Below, one piece after another: positions 1 to 9,885 of a stretch of DNA of 64,000 nucleotides. A program made the translations under genes and the position numbers. Numbering within the stretch: position 1 is the first letter of the stretch; each line of letters starts with the position of its first letter. The notes below the pieces were generated by a model. It worked only from the letters and a program-made list of their open reading frames with translations. It had not been told where the DNA came from and did no database searches. Source of the stretch: Chloroflexota bacterium (GTDB lineage: Bacteria > Chloroflexota > Limnocylindria > P2-11E); contig VBDX01000139.1 in the NCBI GenBank assembly GCA_005881885.1, positions 2,913-66,912 on the forward strand. The letters run 5' to 3'.

Positions 1-1237
1 TGGCGAGGATGGCGATGCCGGTGTAGGCGAGGCGGACGCGATCGGGACGACCCGCGAACCACTGGCGGTCCACCGAGTCCTTGTAGAGGTCGCCCTCCGC
101 GGTCCGCAGCGAGCTCACAAAATGCGTGCGAAGCTCGGAGAGCTTCACCTCGGTCCGGCCGTCGAACAGACCCTCGTAGACGACCCGCTCGTACGGGAGC
201 AAGCCCGTCGCCGGCGTGCCCGTCGCGCGCAGGACCCAGTCCTTTTTCGCGAAGATCCCGGTCGTCGGCTGCTCGGTGATGGTGAGCAACCCCCGGACCG
301 CGAGATCGACGATCGTCGCGGTCACATCCTTCGTGTCCGCGCTCTCGTCGAGAAGGAGGCCGAGCTGGGCGGGACGGAGCGCGTCGGGCGGTTCGTACTC
401 GGGCACGATTGTCTCGCGCTCCCGCAGGTCCCGGCCGCGGCGGTACCAGAGGTAGAACACGAAGGCCAAGCCGGCGACGAGGACGAAGATCGCGAGCGCG
501 AGGAACGCCGGTTGCGTGTCGAAGTATGTGGCGACGTCCTCGGTATTGCGCTCGATGATCGGCGCGGGTGCGCTCACGGTCCCCTTGGCGAGCGCGGTCA
601 CGATCGTGAGCTGCTCGCCCACCGCGAGCACGCGGGTCGTCGCGAAGTCCGCTTGCGTCGCGGTGCTGGCACTGCGGCAAGGCTCCTGCGACCCGATCCG
701 GCCCTCGAAGCAGGTCGCCCGCTGCACGCCGCCGGGCGTGTGGACCACCGTCGTCACGCTCTGCGTTCGGACGTCCCAACCGCCGCCGTTCACGTTCCAG
801 AAGAGCTCGTCGTGATCGGGGAACGGGTTCATCGCGCCCGCCACGTCGTAGGCGATGCGGTAGCTTTTCGTGCCGCTCACGAGCACATTCGGGTCGCCGA
901 TCTTGATCACCGCGTACGGCCCGTCGTTGCTCGCCTCGTATTGGATCGGCCGTCCCTGCGCGTCGCTGACGGACCGGACGGTGAGCCGGTAGACGCGAAC
1001 GTGCGTGGAGTCAAAGGTGTAGCGCACCGGGATCTTCCTGAAGATGCCGTGTTTTTGCTGCGCGCCGAAGTCGACGTCGATCGCCTCCACGACGCGAAGG
1101 GACGCATCGGGCTGTATCGAGATGTCCGCCGCGAAGCGCTGGATCGTCCAACCCTCGTCGGCCGACGCCGGCGCAGCGGTCGCCAATCCCAGGACGAACC
1201 CGCCGACAAGGCCGGCCGCCAGGAGGAATCGTTGCAC
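1..1237 (-). CDS. DUF2207-family membrane protein (3' end runs off window)
   Basis: Not in the ORF track; read by hand from GTG at 1237: MQRFLLAAGLVGG..ADEGWTIQRFAADISIQPDASLRVVEAIDVDFG..KHGIFRKIP..DELFWNVNG..EYEPPDALRPAQLGLLLDE. Signal peptide, soluble domain, then a TM helix. Confidence 0.85.
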   Translation of the reverse strand, partial: MQRFLLAAGLVGGFVLGLATAAPASADEGWTIQRFAADISIQPDASLRVVEAIDVDFGAQQKHGIFRKIPVRYTFDSTHVRVYRLTVRSVSDAQGRPIQYEASNDGPYAVIKIGDPNVLVSGTKSYRIAYDVAGAMNPFPDHDELFWNVNGGGWDVRTQSVTTVVHTPGGVQRATCFEGRIGSQEPCRSASTATQADFATTRVLAVGEQLTIVTALAKGTVSAPAPIIERNTEDVATYFDTQPAFLALAIFVLVAGLAFVFYLWYRRGRDLRERETIVPEYEPPDALRPAQLGLLLDESADTKDVTATIVDLAVRGLLTITEQPTTGIFAKKDWVLRATGTPATGLLPYERVVYEGLFDGRTEVKLSELRTHFVSSLRTAEGDLYKDSVDRQWFAGRPDRVRLAYTGIAILA

Positions 1238-1248
1238 CGTGGATATTC

Positions 1249-2610
1249 CTACAGGAATGACGAGAAGATCGTCGCGAGCCCGAGGAACGAGAGGAAGCCG
1301 GTGACGTCGGTGACCGTCGTGAGCACGATGGAAGAGGACTGCGCGGGGTCCTGGCCGAGCGCCTTCATGATGAGCGGGATCGACGCGCCGGCGAGCCCCG
1401 CGATGAGCATGGCCATGACCATCGCGCTTCCGATCACGAAGGTGAGACCGGGCGATTGGCTCCAAATGAATACGCCGATCATCGTCGTCCCGGCGATTGC
1501 GAGACCGTTGAGGATCCCGACGCCGGCCTCTTTGACGATGAGCCGCGGCCAGTGCTGGAGACGGACCTCGCGAAGCGCGAGCCCCCGCATGGTGACCGCG
1601 AGCGCCTGCATGCCGCTGTTGCCAGACTGCCCGGCCACGACCGGCATCAGCACGGCAAGGGCTGTGTACTTCGCGATCGTTCCCTCGAATAGGCCGACCA
1701 CGAACGCCGCGAGGAACGCGGTCGCCAGGTTGATCTCGAGCCACGGGAGCCGCTGGCGCACGGCGAACGACACCCGCGAGAGTGCGCGCTCGTCCTTGCT
1801 CACGCCGACCATCGTCTGCATGCTCATCGTCGCCTCGGCCTCGGCGGCATCCACCAGCGCGCGGTAGCGGATCACGCCCACCAGGCGGTGGTCCGAGTCG
1901 ACGACCGGCAGCGTCGCGACACGCTGCTCGGTGAGGTACGCGACGATCTCCTCGCGCGTCGCGGTGGCCGACACGGCAACCGGCGTACCCCGCACGAGAT
2001 CCTTGAGCTTCGTCTCGGGTGTCGCGGTCGCGATCTCGCCGAGCGGTACGGTACCGACGAGCCGGCCGAGCCCGTCGGTGAGGTAGATCGCGCCGAGCTC
2101 CTTTTCCTTGAACGTGCGCATCTTGCGCAGAGCGTCGTCGACGGTCGTGTCCGGCTGGAACGCGGTGATGCGCGGGTCCATGAGCGCGCCGGCTGTGTCA
2201 AAGGGATACGTGAGAAGCTCGCGGACTTCCGACGCGAACCCCCGCGGCAGGCGCGCGAGAACACCCTCGCGCTCGTTTGGCTCGAAGCTCGCGACGATGG
2301 GCGCCGCGCGCGCGGGATGCATCTGCGTCAGCGCGATCTTCGCCGCCTGGGCCGGCATGTTGCGGAGAACGTCTGCCGCGACGCGCGGGTTCAGGCGCTG
2401 GAGGAGGTGGACCGCGGCTTCAGGTCCGGCGTCGTGCACCAGAAGCGCGGTGTCCTCAGCGGAGCGTCCGTCAAGGAAGAACGCGACCTCGTCCGGATGG
2501 TGCCGGAGGTACTGCGCGTTCAGGGCACGCCGCGCGTCGAGCTCAGTGCTCGCCGGGACGTCGGCCGTGCCGGTGGCCTCGAGCGGGACCGCCGCGATCG
2601 CCTCGCTCAC
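1249..2610 (-). CDS. mgtE: Magnesium transporter MgtE (N-domain, CBS pair, membrane domain)
   Basis: RLPWLEINL, PVVAGQSGNSG and DPAQSSSIVLTTVTD motifs; CBS pair. Confidence 0.93.
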   Translation of the reverse strand: MSEAIAAVPLEATGTADVPASTELDARRALNAQYLRHHPDEVAFFLDGRSAEDTALLVHDAGPEAAVHLLQRLNPRVAADVLRNMPAQAAKIALTQMHPARAAPIVASFEPNEREGVLARLPRGFASEVRELLTYPFDTAGALMDPRITAFQPDTTVDDALRKMRTFKEKELGAIYLTDGLGRLVGTVPLGEIATATPETKLKDLVRGTPVAVSATATREEIVAYLTEQRVATLPVVDSDHRLVGVIRYRALVDAAEAEATMSMQTMVGVSKDERALSRVSFAVRQRLPWLEINLATAFLAAFVVGLFEGTIAKYTALAVLMPVVAGQSGNSGMQALAVTMRGLALREVRLQHWPRLIVKEAGVGILNGLAIAGTTMIGVFIWSQSPGLTFVIGSAMVMAMLIAGLAGASIPLIMKALGQDPAQSSSIVLTTVTDVTGFLSFLGLATIFSSFL

Positions 2611-2638
2611 CGCCTGAGTATCGCCGAAGAAGGGAGCG

Positions 2639-3511
2639 CTAGGCGGTCGAAAGGGTGTCCGTGCGCCTCACTTCCATCTTGCCGGCCGTCCCACGTACGT
2701 CGTAGTGGGGCTGGTCGAACACCGCCGGCCCGCGCACGACCAGGCCATCGCGCAGGCGGTAGCGGGACCCGTGGCACGGGCACTCGATCGTGTCGCCGAC
2801 GACCTTCCCGCCGTCCGAGAGGTTGCAGCCCTGGTGCGCGCAGATGTCGTGAAGCGCGTGGATGTCCTTGCCCTGCCGCACGAGCACCAAGGTCTGAGCA
2901 GCGGCTTTCGCCTTCACGGGCGTGTTCTCGGGGAGCTCGCCGACTTCGACCGCCGTCCACTTCGTCCCACCACCCCGCCAGGCGTGACGATCGACCTGGC
3001 TGCCCATGTTGTAGACGAGCTCGCCGCCGACGTACGCGCTGCCGATCACGATCACGAAGCCGACGACGGAGATCCACACCTCCGCGTCCGATCCGCCCGA
3101 GCCGCAGCACCCGATGCGCAGACCGAATGAGACGAGATAGAGCACCGCGGCGAGAAGCATCAATGAGGAGTGCACGGTGCCGAAGCGCCGCGGCTTGCCC
3201 TCGAGGTCGATGTAGTCGGCGTAGCCGACGAGCGCGGCGACGATCATGAAGAGAACACCCACACCGATCGCGGCCGTCGCCGCCGGTCGCGCGCCCATGA
3301 TGTCGAGCACGAGCGCGACGACGAAGGCTCCGATCGGAACGTCGGTGATCGCCGGATGCAGCGGATGGCCAAGCCACACGCCGTTCAGGAAGTCCTTGAG
3401 GATCGGGACCGGCTTATAGAGCGCGCCGAAGATAGCGACGAAGAGCTTGCCCAGTGGATCGGCCCATGCACCCTGGGCATCGAGGATCCTCGCGATCGCG
3501 CGGTGGAGCAC
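2639..3511 (-). CDS. DUF2231-type membrane domain fused to a C-terminal Rieske [2Fe-2S] domain
   Basis: GHPLHPAITDVPIG; Rieske motifs CAHQGC and CPCHGS. Confidence 0.88.
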   Translation of the reverse strand: MLHRAIARILDAQGAWADPLGKLFVAIFGALYKPVPILKDFLNGVWLGHPLHPAITDVPIGAFVVALVLDIMGARPAATAAIGVGVLFMIVAALVGYADYIDLEGKPRRFGTVHSSLMLLAAVLYLVSFGLRIGCCGSGGSDAEVWISVVGFVIVIGSAYVGGELVYNMGSQVDRHAWRGGGTKWTAVEVGELPENTPVKAKAAAQTLVLVRQGKDIHALHDICAHQGCNLSDGGKVVGDTIECPCHGSRYRLRDGLVVRGPAVFDQPHYDVRGTAGKMEVRRTDTLSTA

Positions 3512-3561
3512 GCCGCGAGTCTAGGGAACGCGTCGGTGCTGACTTCCTCGGCCGCATCCGG

Positions 3562-4479
3562 TTATCGCACGACGATCGAGCTCGCTCCGGCGTTGATCGA
3601 CACGGTCACGCGATCCTTGGCTGCCGCGTAGCCGCTCGTCTGCACGGAGCTGCCGCACGCCACGCACCCGCCCGTCCCGCCGCCCTCGCCCAGCCGGCTG
3701 TTGTCACTGCGCAGGCTGAGCAAGCCACCGCTCGTGCTGACGCGCGCCTCGACCCCGTCGGGCACGGTGATGACGATCGTCGACGCACCCGCGCTTATCC
3801 GCACCGGGATGTCGGCGGTCGGCTTGGGGAGGACCAGCCGCGTCGTGGAGGCACCCGTATTCACCCGCACGTCGGTGACGCGGACGTCGGAGAGATCGAC
3901 GTCGAACTCGCCCGCCCCGGCGTTCATGTCGAACGCGGTCGGCACGTCGCTGGCGATCTGGACCTCCACGTCGATGCCGCTGCCGCCCCTGAAGATCCCC
4001 TCCGGACCGATTTGATCGATCCGCACGTCGGCGCGACCGCTGCGCTCCGACGCCCGCAGGCGGAGATCGGGGCTCTGGCTATGCGCGGTGACGAGGTCGG
4101 TCGCGCCACCGCCGACGTGATAGCGGCCCGCCCCGCCGTTGATCGAAAGCGCAAGGGTGCTCGCGCTACCGCGCGGGGCGGACACGTCGGCGTCGCCTCT
4201 GCCCCCGCCGCCGAAGACGAAGATCCCACCGCCGAGCCCTGGGTTCGCGGCGACAAGCGCGAGACCAGCCGCGATGACGAGGACCTCGGCCACGAGGGTC
4301 GGCGCCGGCCAGCGTCGCGCGAAGGCGATGTCGAGCCCGACGAGGATCAGGAGCAGCGGCCAGAGGCTGAGGAGCGCGCGCCACGAGACGCCCGCGATGA
4401 AGCCGAAATTCGCGAGGAGGAAGACGAGACCGAGCGCGATCAGAAGAAGCGGCCAGAAAACACCGCGGCGGGCCGTCAT
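3562..4479 (-). CDS. LiaF/LiaI-like (DUF5668-type) membrane protein with a C-terminal beta-rich domain
   Basis: Start at MTARRGVFWPLLLIALG (ATGA overlap with the PspC gene); LWPLLLILVG motif; repeated GAG/GAS beta strands. Confidence 0.7.
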   Translation of the reverse strand: MTARRGVFWPLLLIALGLVFLLANFGFIAGVSWRALLSLWPLLLILVGLDIAFARRWPAPTLVAEVLVIAAGLALVAANPGLGGGIFVFGGGGRGDADVSAPRGSASTLALSINGGAGRYHVGGGATDLVTAHSQSPDLRLRASERSGRADVRIDQIGPEGIFRGGSGIDVEVQIASDVPTAFDMNAGAGEFDVDLSDVRVTDVRVNTGASTTRLVLPKPTADIPVRISAGASTIVITVPDGVEARVSTSGGLLSLRSDNSRLGEGGGTGGCVACGSSVQTSGYAAAKDRVTVSINAGASSIVVR

Positions 4480-5024
4480 GAGCGCACCCTCTGCACCAGG
4501 AACAGCGCGCCCACCGCTATGAGCACGACGGGCCACACCAGCTGCCACTGGACCACCCGAAAGAGTCCGGCGTTGCCGAGCAGGAAGATCACGCCGAGCG
4601 CGATCAAGAGGTACCCGAACGCCATCCGCCGGCGTTCAGTCTCGCGGGCCTGCGACTGCGGGTCCGCGACGACCGGGGTGATGGTCGTTGCGGCGGCACC
4701 TTCGCCCGGCGGAGCCCCATCCCCCTGGGGCCGATCGCGGAACGATTTGCTGATGTCGTCGGCAGTCTTGCGCAGCTGGTCGGCGACCTCCTCCACCGTG
4801 GCACCGGCCGAGGTGGCGAAGCTCGTCGCCGGGCGGCCCGGGAGCGGCATGAGAAAGACGAGCGCGACGTAGAGGATCAGCCCGAGGCCTCCGGTGACGA
4901 GGATCATGAGGAAGAAGAGCACGCGGACGACGGTGGCATCGACGGCGAGGTATTCGGCGATCCCGCCGCACACGCCTGCGACCATCCGGTTCGTGGCACT
5001 GCGCTCGAGTCGTGCGCTAGGCAT
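4476..5024 (-). CDS. pspC: PspC domain membrane protein
   Basis: LERSATNRMVAGVCGGIAEYL is the PspC signature; start taken at ATG 5024. Confidence 0.85.
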   Translation of the reverse strand: MPSARLERSATNRMVAGVCGGIAEYLAVDATVVRVLFFLMILVTGGLGLILYVALVFLMPLPGRPATSFATSAGATVEEVADQLRKTADDISKSFRDRPQGDGAPPGEGAAATTITPVVADPQSQARETERRRMAFGYLLIALGVIFLLGNAGLFRVVQWQLVWPVVLIAVGALFLVQRVRS

Positions 5025-5421
5025 TGGCTCGCTCCTTCCGGGTGCGGTACTCGTACGCGACTGCGAACGCGACCGCGGCGAGGGCCGCGATCGGAATGGT
5101 CGGCTGCTGCAGCGTTCGGACCGCGGGGTCGAGGGAGACCGCAACCAACGCGACCAGTGAGATCGCGGCAGCGAAGGTATCGGCCGCGACGGCCGGCGCG
5201 AGAGACCAGATCGTCATCGCGCCGACGGCGAGCAGAGCTGCGGTCGCCAGACCGGCGAACAGCGACGAGGCGAACGACGCGAGCCCGAGTGGCCTGTCCT
5301 CGGCACGAGCCACGATCGCCGCGACGTCGAGCGGAGGCGGGAGCTCGCTCGCCTCGAGGCGCAGCGCGCGGCGCAACGACGCCTCGTCGAACAGGTCGTC
5401 GTCCAGATGCATCCGGCTCAT
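5017..5421 (-). CDS. Putative membrane anti-sigma factor
   Basis: Directly downstream of the ECF sigma; short cytoplasmic N-terminus then TM helices. Confidence 0.55.
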   Translation of the reverse strand: MSRMHLDDDLFDEASLRRALRLEASELPPPLDVAAIVARAEDRPLGLASFASSLFAGLATAALLAVGAMTIWSLAPAVAADTFAAAISLVALVAVSLDPAVRTLQQPTIPIAALAAVAFAVAYEYRTRKERANA

Positions 5422-5972
5422 CCCGTCGCCTCGAGTGCGCGGCGCAGGAGTGCGCGTCCGCGGAGCAGCTGCACGCCCACGGTCGAGGCCGGCCTGCCGG
5501 TCACCTGCGCGATCTCGTCGACACCGAGCTCGTTGAAGTAGCGAAGCACGACGACCACGCGATAGAGCTCCGGAAGCGCGGCGACCGCGGCACGGATGCG
5601 CGCCTGGTCCTCGCGCGCGATCGATAGGGCATCCGGCGCGAGTGCGGGGTCGGGCAACATACCTGCCGCGTCCTCATCGGCTCTGCGACGCATCTCCCGC
5701 CCGCGCCGCCGCGCATGCGAGATGGCCTCGTTGGTCGCGATACGCAGCAGCCAGAATCTGACCGGGCGCGAGGGGTCGTACCGGTCGAACGCCCGATAGG
5801 CCTTGAGAAAGGTGGAGCTCGTGACGTCGAGCGCCGAATCCCGGTCGCCGGTGATGCGAAGCGCGACTCCGTAGACCTCGTCCTGGTGCTCGCGGACGGC
5901 GTCGGAGAACGTCACCTGGCGAGGCGTGGCGATCGCGGGAACGAAAGCAGCCAGGGCGACACTCGCGGCCAT
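5418..5972 (-). CDS. ECF RNA polymerase sigma factor (SigW/RpoE-like)
   Basis: Region 2 (FLKAYRAFDRYD..WLLRIATN) and region 4 (LPELYRVVVVLRYF..EIAQVTG..TVGVQLLRGR). Confidence 0.92.
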   Translation of the reverse strand: MAASVALAAFVPAIATPRQVTFSDAVREHQDEVYGVALRITGDRDSALDVTSSTFLKAYRAFDRYDPSRPVRFWLLRIATNEAISHARRRGREMRRRADEDAAGMLPDPALAPDALSIAREDQARIRAAVAALPELYRVVVVLRYFNELGVDEIAQVTGRPASTVGVQLLRGRALLRRALEATG

Positions 5973-5982
5973 TCCTCTCCAG

Positions 5983-6009
5983 TACGCCGGCGGGTGCGCT
6001 CCTATTTCA
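5983..6009 (-). promoter_or_regulatory. Candidate autoregulatory ECF promoter, TGAAAT-N17-CGTA
   Basis: Close to the B. subtilis SigW consensus TGAAAC-N16-CGTA and immediately upstream of the sigma gene. Confidence 0.45.
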
Positions 6010-6268
6010 TCAGCCGGTCGAGTCGTGGAGCGGCCGACGCCGGGAGGCTCACCACCTTATCCCGAGAGGTCTCGCCCTGCTCGATGCGCACCTCGCTCGC
6101 GCGCATCCCGAGTGCCGTGGCGATCGCCGCCTGGACCGCGCGGTTCGCCCCTCCGCGCTCCGGCGCCGCAGAGACGCGGACGACGAGGCGGCCAGCGCGC
6201 ATGCCGTCAAGACGGTCTTCTCTGGCGCGTGGGACGACGCGGATCGGGACCCGCAGCCGATCCACCAT
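6002..6268 (-). CDS. DUF167/YggU family protein
   Basis: [31 protein letters not shown]; start at ATG 6268. Confidence 0.85.
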   Translation of the reverse strand: MVDRLRVPIRVVPRAREDRLDGMRAGRLVVRVSAAPERGGANRAVQAAIATALGMRASEVRIEQGETSRDKVVSLPASAAPRLDRLMK

Positions 6269-6273
6269 CGCCT

Positions 6274-6561
6274 TTACACCGGCAGCGGCAGCAGCCTCAG
6301 GAGGAGGCTCGTCGCGATCTGGATCAAAACGAACGCGATGAACGGCGAGAAGTCGATGCCGCCGAAGAACGGAATGGCTCGGCGGATCGGCCCGAGGATC
6401 GGCTCGCTCACGTTCCAGACGAAGTCGCCGAGGCCGAACGGCAACTTCAGATTTGGGACCCAGGAGAGGATCACCCGGACGAAGATCGCGACCGTCAGCG
6501 CACCGGCAAGTACGTTGATAAAGGCCTCGACGAAGACGATCAGGAGGCAGGCCGTGCACAT
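6274..6561 (-). CDS. yggT: YggT family membrane protein
   Basis: [29 protein letters not shown]. Confidence 0.9.
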   Translation of the reverse strand: MCTACLLIVFVEAFINVLAGALTVAIFVRVILSWVPNLKLPFGLGDFVWNVSEPILGPIRRAIPFFGGIDFSPFIAFVLIQIATSLLLRLLPLPV

Positions 6562-6564
6562 GCG

Positions 6565-7128
6565 TCAGGGCAGGTCGAGGCGGTAGCGCGACGGCGTCGG
6601 TCCGGTCTGACCCTGATAGGAGGATCCGAGCTCAGGGGATCCGTACGGACGCTCCGCCGGGCTCGATAGCTCGAAGAACGAGAGCTGGCCGATGCGCATA
6701 CCTCCATACAGCGTGATCGGGATCGTGTTGACGTTCGAGAGCTCCAGCGTGATGTGGCCATCCCAGGCCGGGTCGATGAATCCGGCGGTGCTGTGGATCA
6801 AAAGACCGAGCCGGCCGAGGGAGCTTTTGCCTTCGACGCGCGACACGAGGTCGTTGGGAAGCCGGAGCCGCTCCCGCGTCGAGCCGAGGACGAACTCGCC
6901 GGGATGAAGGATGAACGGGGTGCGCTCCGGCACCTCGACGAGCTCGGTCACGTCGTCGAGCGGACGGGCCAGGTCGATGAAGGCATGGCGGCTCGAGCGG
7001 AACACACGAAAGCGGTGATCCAAACGGATGTCGACCGAGGCCGGTTGGACGCATTTGGGATCGAATGGATCGATTCCGATGCGGCCCGCGGAGATCGCGG
7101 CGCGGATGTCACGATCGGACAGGACCAC
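6565..7128 (-). CDS. dcd: dCTP deaminase
   Basis: [34 protein letters not shown] motifs. Confidence 0.95.
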   Translation of the reverse strand: MVLSDRDIRAAISAGRIGIDPFDPKCVQPASVDIRLDHRFRVFRSSRHAFIDLARPLDDVTELVEVPERTPFILHPGEFVLGSTRERLRLPNDLVSRVEGKSSLGRLGLLIHSTAGFIDPAWDGHITLELSNVNTIPITLYGGMRIGQLSFFELSSPAERPYGSPELGSSYQGQTGPTPSRYRLDLP

Positions 7129-7148
7129 GGGAGCCGAGTATGGCCGGT

Positions 7149-7688
7149 CTAGCGGCGACGACGGCGCGGGACGACGGCAACGGTCTCGCCGATCGGAAGG
7201 ACGATCTGCTCGGCGACGCGACGGTCACGCGCCTCCTGGCGGCGACGGACGAGCGACGCGAGCTCGTCGTACAACGCGTCGATGTCCTCGAGGCGCGAGT
7301 ACACGATCTTGAACCGCAGGTAGCTGAGCGGGTCGCGCTCCGCGAGCCGCTCGAGCACCATTTCGCCGATCCGCTGGGAGGGGACCTCGGACACGCCGCT
7401 CTGCCGCAGCGATGACTCGAGGTCGTCGATCAGTCGACTGACGTCGTCTGCGACGAGGCCCTTCGACGCAGCCTTTTCGATCGCGCTCGCGAGCTTGCGG
7501 CGATCGAATTCCTGTTTCGTTCCGTCGCGCTTCTGCACCTGGATACGCGCGGACTCGCTGCGCTCGAAGGTCGTGAAACGCTCCTCGCAGCGATCGCAGA
7601 CCCGCCGGCGACGGATGGACGTGCCATCCTCCGCTTCACGGGAGTCGATGACGCGTGTGTCGGGATTGCCGCAGGCGGGGCAGCGCAC
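7149..7688 (-). CDS. nrdR: Transcriptional repressor NrdR
   Basis: [32 protein letters not shown] zinc ribbon plus ATP cone; start GTG 7688. Confidence 0.95.
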   Translation of the reverse strand: MRCPACGNPDTRVIDSREAEDGTSIRRRRVCDRCEERFTTFERSESARIQVQKRDGTKQEFDRRKLASAIEKAASKGLVADDVSRLIDDLESSLRQSGVSEVPSQRIGEMVLERLAERDPLSYLRFKIVYSRLEDIDALYDELASLVRRRQEARDRRVAEQIVLPIGETVAVVPRRRRR

Positions 7689-7690
7689 AA

Positions 7691-7728
7691 GCACAAGATA
7701 TGGGACGGCCGGCCCCTAAATCTAGTGG
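7691..7728 (-). promoter_or_regulatory. Tandem NrdR boxes
   Basis: CCACTAGATTTAGGGG (7713-7728) and GTCCCATATCTTGTGC (7691-7706) fit acaCwAtATaTwGtg; 22 bp start to start. Confidence 0.65.
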
Positions 7729-7809
7729 TGCAGGCACGAAAAAGCGGCCCCGGCCCCTGATACAGCGGCCAGCCAACGACTGAAAAGGGGGCCAGCCTCC
7801 GCGAGTGAA

Positions 7810-7890
7810 CTAGTGACCGATGCCCAGCAGGAACAGGATGATGATCAGGCCGAGCGGGACACCCAAGAGCCACAGCAGGATCAGGATCAT
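7810..7890 (-). CDS. 26-aa hydrophobic small membrane protein
   Basis: MILILLWLLGVPLGLIIILFLLGIGH*; G-rich SD-like stretch upstream; below the ORF-track cutoff. Confidence 0.65.
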   Translation of the reverse strand: MILILLWLLGVPLGLIIILFLLGIGH

Positions 7891-7905
7891 CTCGTCACAC
7901 CCCCC

Positions 7906-8529
7906 TTAGATGCGTGTGGTCCGGTCGCTCGCGACCGGCCCCGTCGTCATCCCGCGCGTCTTGTAATGCGTGAAGTTCATCGGCTCGCCCGAGCCCATCC
8001 ATCCGCCGACGACGCTACCCGCCAGTCCGAGCAAGAGCGCGACCGCGGCGGCCATGGCTCCGGTCGCGGCCGCTTTCGCGGCGCTCGGATCGACCGCCTG
8101 TCCGGGCGCTGCCGGCGCCGAGAGCGATGGGCCGAGCGCGGCGTACCAGCCGTTGTAGACGCTGCCGCCGAGGGCCGCGAGGGCCAGGAGCACGACGGTC
8201 GCGACGAGGAAGCTGATGGCGCCGTGCAGCATCGCGGGTTCAGCCCTGCGGATCCCGCCCACACGTGCGGTGACCCAACCGCCAATCACGAAGGCGAGGA
8301 ACGACGCGAAGACCGCATACGCGACAGCTGCGCGGCCAATGCCGCTGAAATCCCTTATCCGTGCGTCCGACCCGGCCTTGTAGGAGCCAACCGCCGTGCC
8401 GATCGCGCCGAAGAGGACGACTGCAACGATGGATGCCAAGGCGCCGACCAGGACGGGGCTCCAATAGACGGGCCACGCCGTCCATGTCTCATAGACGACG
8501 GGGCCTCTGTTTCGCAGCAAAGTGAGCAC
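7906..8529 (-). CDS. Hypothetical 4-TM membrane protein
   Basis: WSPVLVGA..FVIGGWVTARVGG..AMLHG..GSVVGGWMG; start uncertain. Confidence 0.7.
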   Translation of the reverse strand: MLTLLRNRGPVVYETWTAWPVYWSPVLVGALASIVAVVLFGAIGTAVGSYKAGSDARIRDFSGIGRAAVAYAVFASFLAFVIGGWVTARVGGIRRAEPAMLHGAISFLVATVVLLALAALGGSVYNGWYAALGPSLSAPAAPGQAVDPSAAKAAATGAMAAAVALLLGLAGSVVGGWMGSGEPMNFTHYKTRGMTTGPVASDRTTRI

Positions 8530-8609
8530 CCCCGCTCTCGTCGTTTTTCAAGCGAGGGATGCAGATTGGGTGCCAGCGTCTTCATGCGGCGGGCATGCCG
8601 CCGCTCAGT

Positions 8610-9737
8610 TCAGCGGCGCCGCAGGAAGCTTGGGACTTCGAGGTCGTCGGGGTCGAACTTCTTCGATTCTTCGGCCTTCGCCTGAGGCGCTGACACGGTC
8701 GACGTGGCCGCCCCCGAGACCGCGACACGCTCGACCGACGGCGCCTGCCGCTTGTACATCGGGCCCTCGAGCTTCCGTAGCGGGCGCGCCTGATCGAAGC
8801 CGGTCGCGATGACCGAGATCTTGACCTCGCCGCCCATCCGCTCGTCGATGACCGCGCCAAAGATGATGTTCGCCTCGGGATCCGCGGCAGCATGGATGAT
8901 CTCGGCAGCTTCGTTGACCTCGAAGAGGGTCAGGTCGGGTCCGCCCGTGATCGTGAAGAGCACGCCACGGGCGCCGTCAATGGATTGCTCTAGAAGCGGC
9001 GACATGATGGCCTGACGTGCGGCCTCGGCCGCGCGCGTCTCGCCCTCGCCGTGACCAATGCCCATGAGCGCGGAGCCGGCACTGGTCATGATCGTCTTCA
9101 CGTCGGCGAAGTCGAGGTTGATGAGACCCGGCACCGTGATGAGGTCGCTGATGCCTTGCACGCCCTGGCGGAGGACGTCGTCGACGATGCGGAATGCGTC
9201 CACCATGCTGGTGCGCTTCTCAACGACCTGCAGCAGCCGGTCGTTGGGGATGGTGATGAGCGTGTCGACCTTGTCCACGAGCTCGGCGATGCCCTGCTCC
9301 GCGATGAGCCGCCGCTTGGCGCCCTCGAAGCTAAAAGGCTTGGTAACGACAGCAACGGTGAGCGCGCCGACGTCCTTGGCGATCTCGGCGATGATCGGTG
9401 CCGCCCCGGTCCCGGTACCGCCGCCCATACCCGCGGTGACGAACACCATATCGGCTTCCTTGAGCGCCTCGTAGAGCTTCTCGCTGTCGTCCTCGGCGGA
9501 CTTGCGGCCGACCGTCGGATCGGCACCCGAGCCGAGGCCCTTGGTGATCTTGTCGCCGATGCGCAGCTTGTGGGGGGCATCGGAGAGGAGAAGCGCTTGG
9601 GCGTCGGTGTTCACCGCGATGAACTCGACCCCCATCAGCTCGGCGCGGATCATCCGATTGACGGCGTTCGCTCCGCCGCCGCCGATACCGACGACCTTTA
9701 TGAGCGCGAAGTTCTCTATATCGCTTCGGAGGGGCAT
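8610..9737 (-). CDS. ftsZ: Cell division protein FtsZ
   Basis: [23 protein letters not shown]-terminal [11 protein letters not shown]; start ATG 9737. Confidence 0.98.
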   Translation of the reverse strand: MPLRSDIENFALIKVVGIGGGGANAVNRMIRAELMGVEFIAVNTDAQALLLSDAPHKLRIGDKITKGLGSGADPTVGRKSAEDDSEKLYEALKEADMVFVTAGMGGGTGTGAAPIIAEIAKDVGALTVAVVTKPFSFEGAKRRLIAEQGIAELVDKVDTLITIPNDRLLQVVEKRTSMVDAFRIVDDVLRQGVQGISDLITVPGLINLDFADVKTIMTSAGSALMGIGHGEGETRAAEAARQAIMSPLLEQSIDGARGVLFTITGGPDLTLFEVNEAAEIIHAAADPEANIIFGAVIDERMGGEVKISVIATGFDQARPLRKLEGPMYKRQAPSVERVAVSGAATSTVSAPQAKAEESKKFDPDDLEVPSFLRRR

Positions 9738-9885
9738 GGACAGGCCTCCACGTCGTTCCATGCCGCTGCCCCTCCCCTAGCGGTGCGCTCATGGAGTATT
9801 CAGTTCGCGTGCTGACTATAGTCCGGACCTTCAACGTTTGGCGAGTGCCAAGCGTCACGGATTGGAGTGCGCGGTTCTCACGGCG

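Noticed and set aside
122-3249. Long plus-strand ORFs (581 aa, 453 aa) and many similar ones across the window
   Set aside because: They are antisense or alternate-frame shadows of real genes. They are Arg/Ala/Pro-rich with no motifs, as expected when stops are scarce in GC-rich DNA.
8586-8604. Hairpin after ftsZ as an intrinsic terminator
   Set aside because: It has a 7-bp stem but no U-tract.
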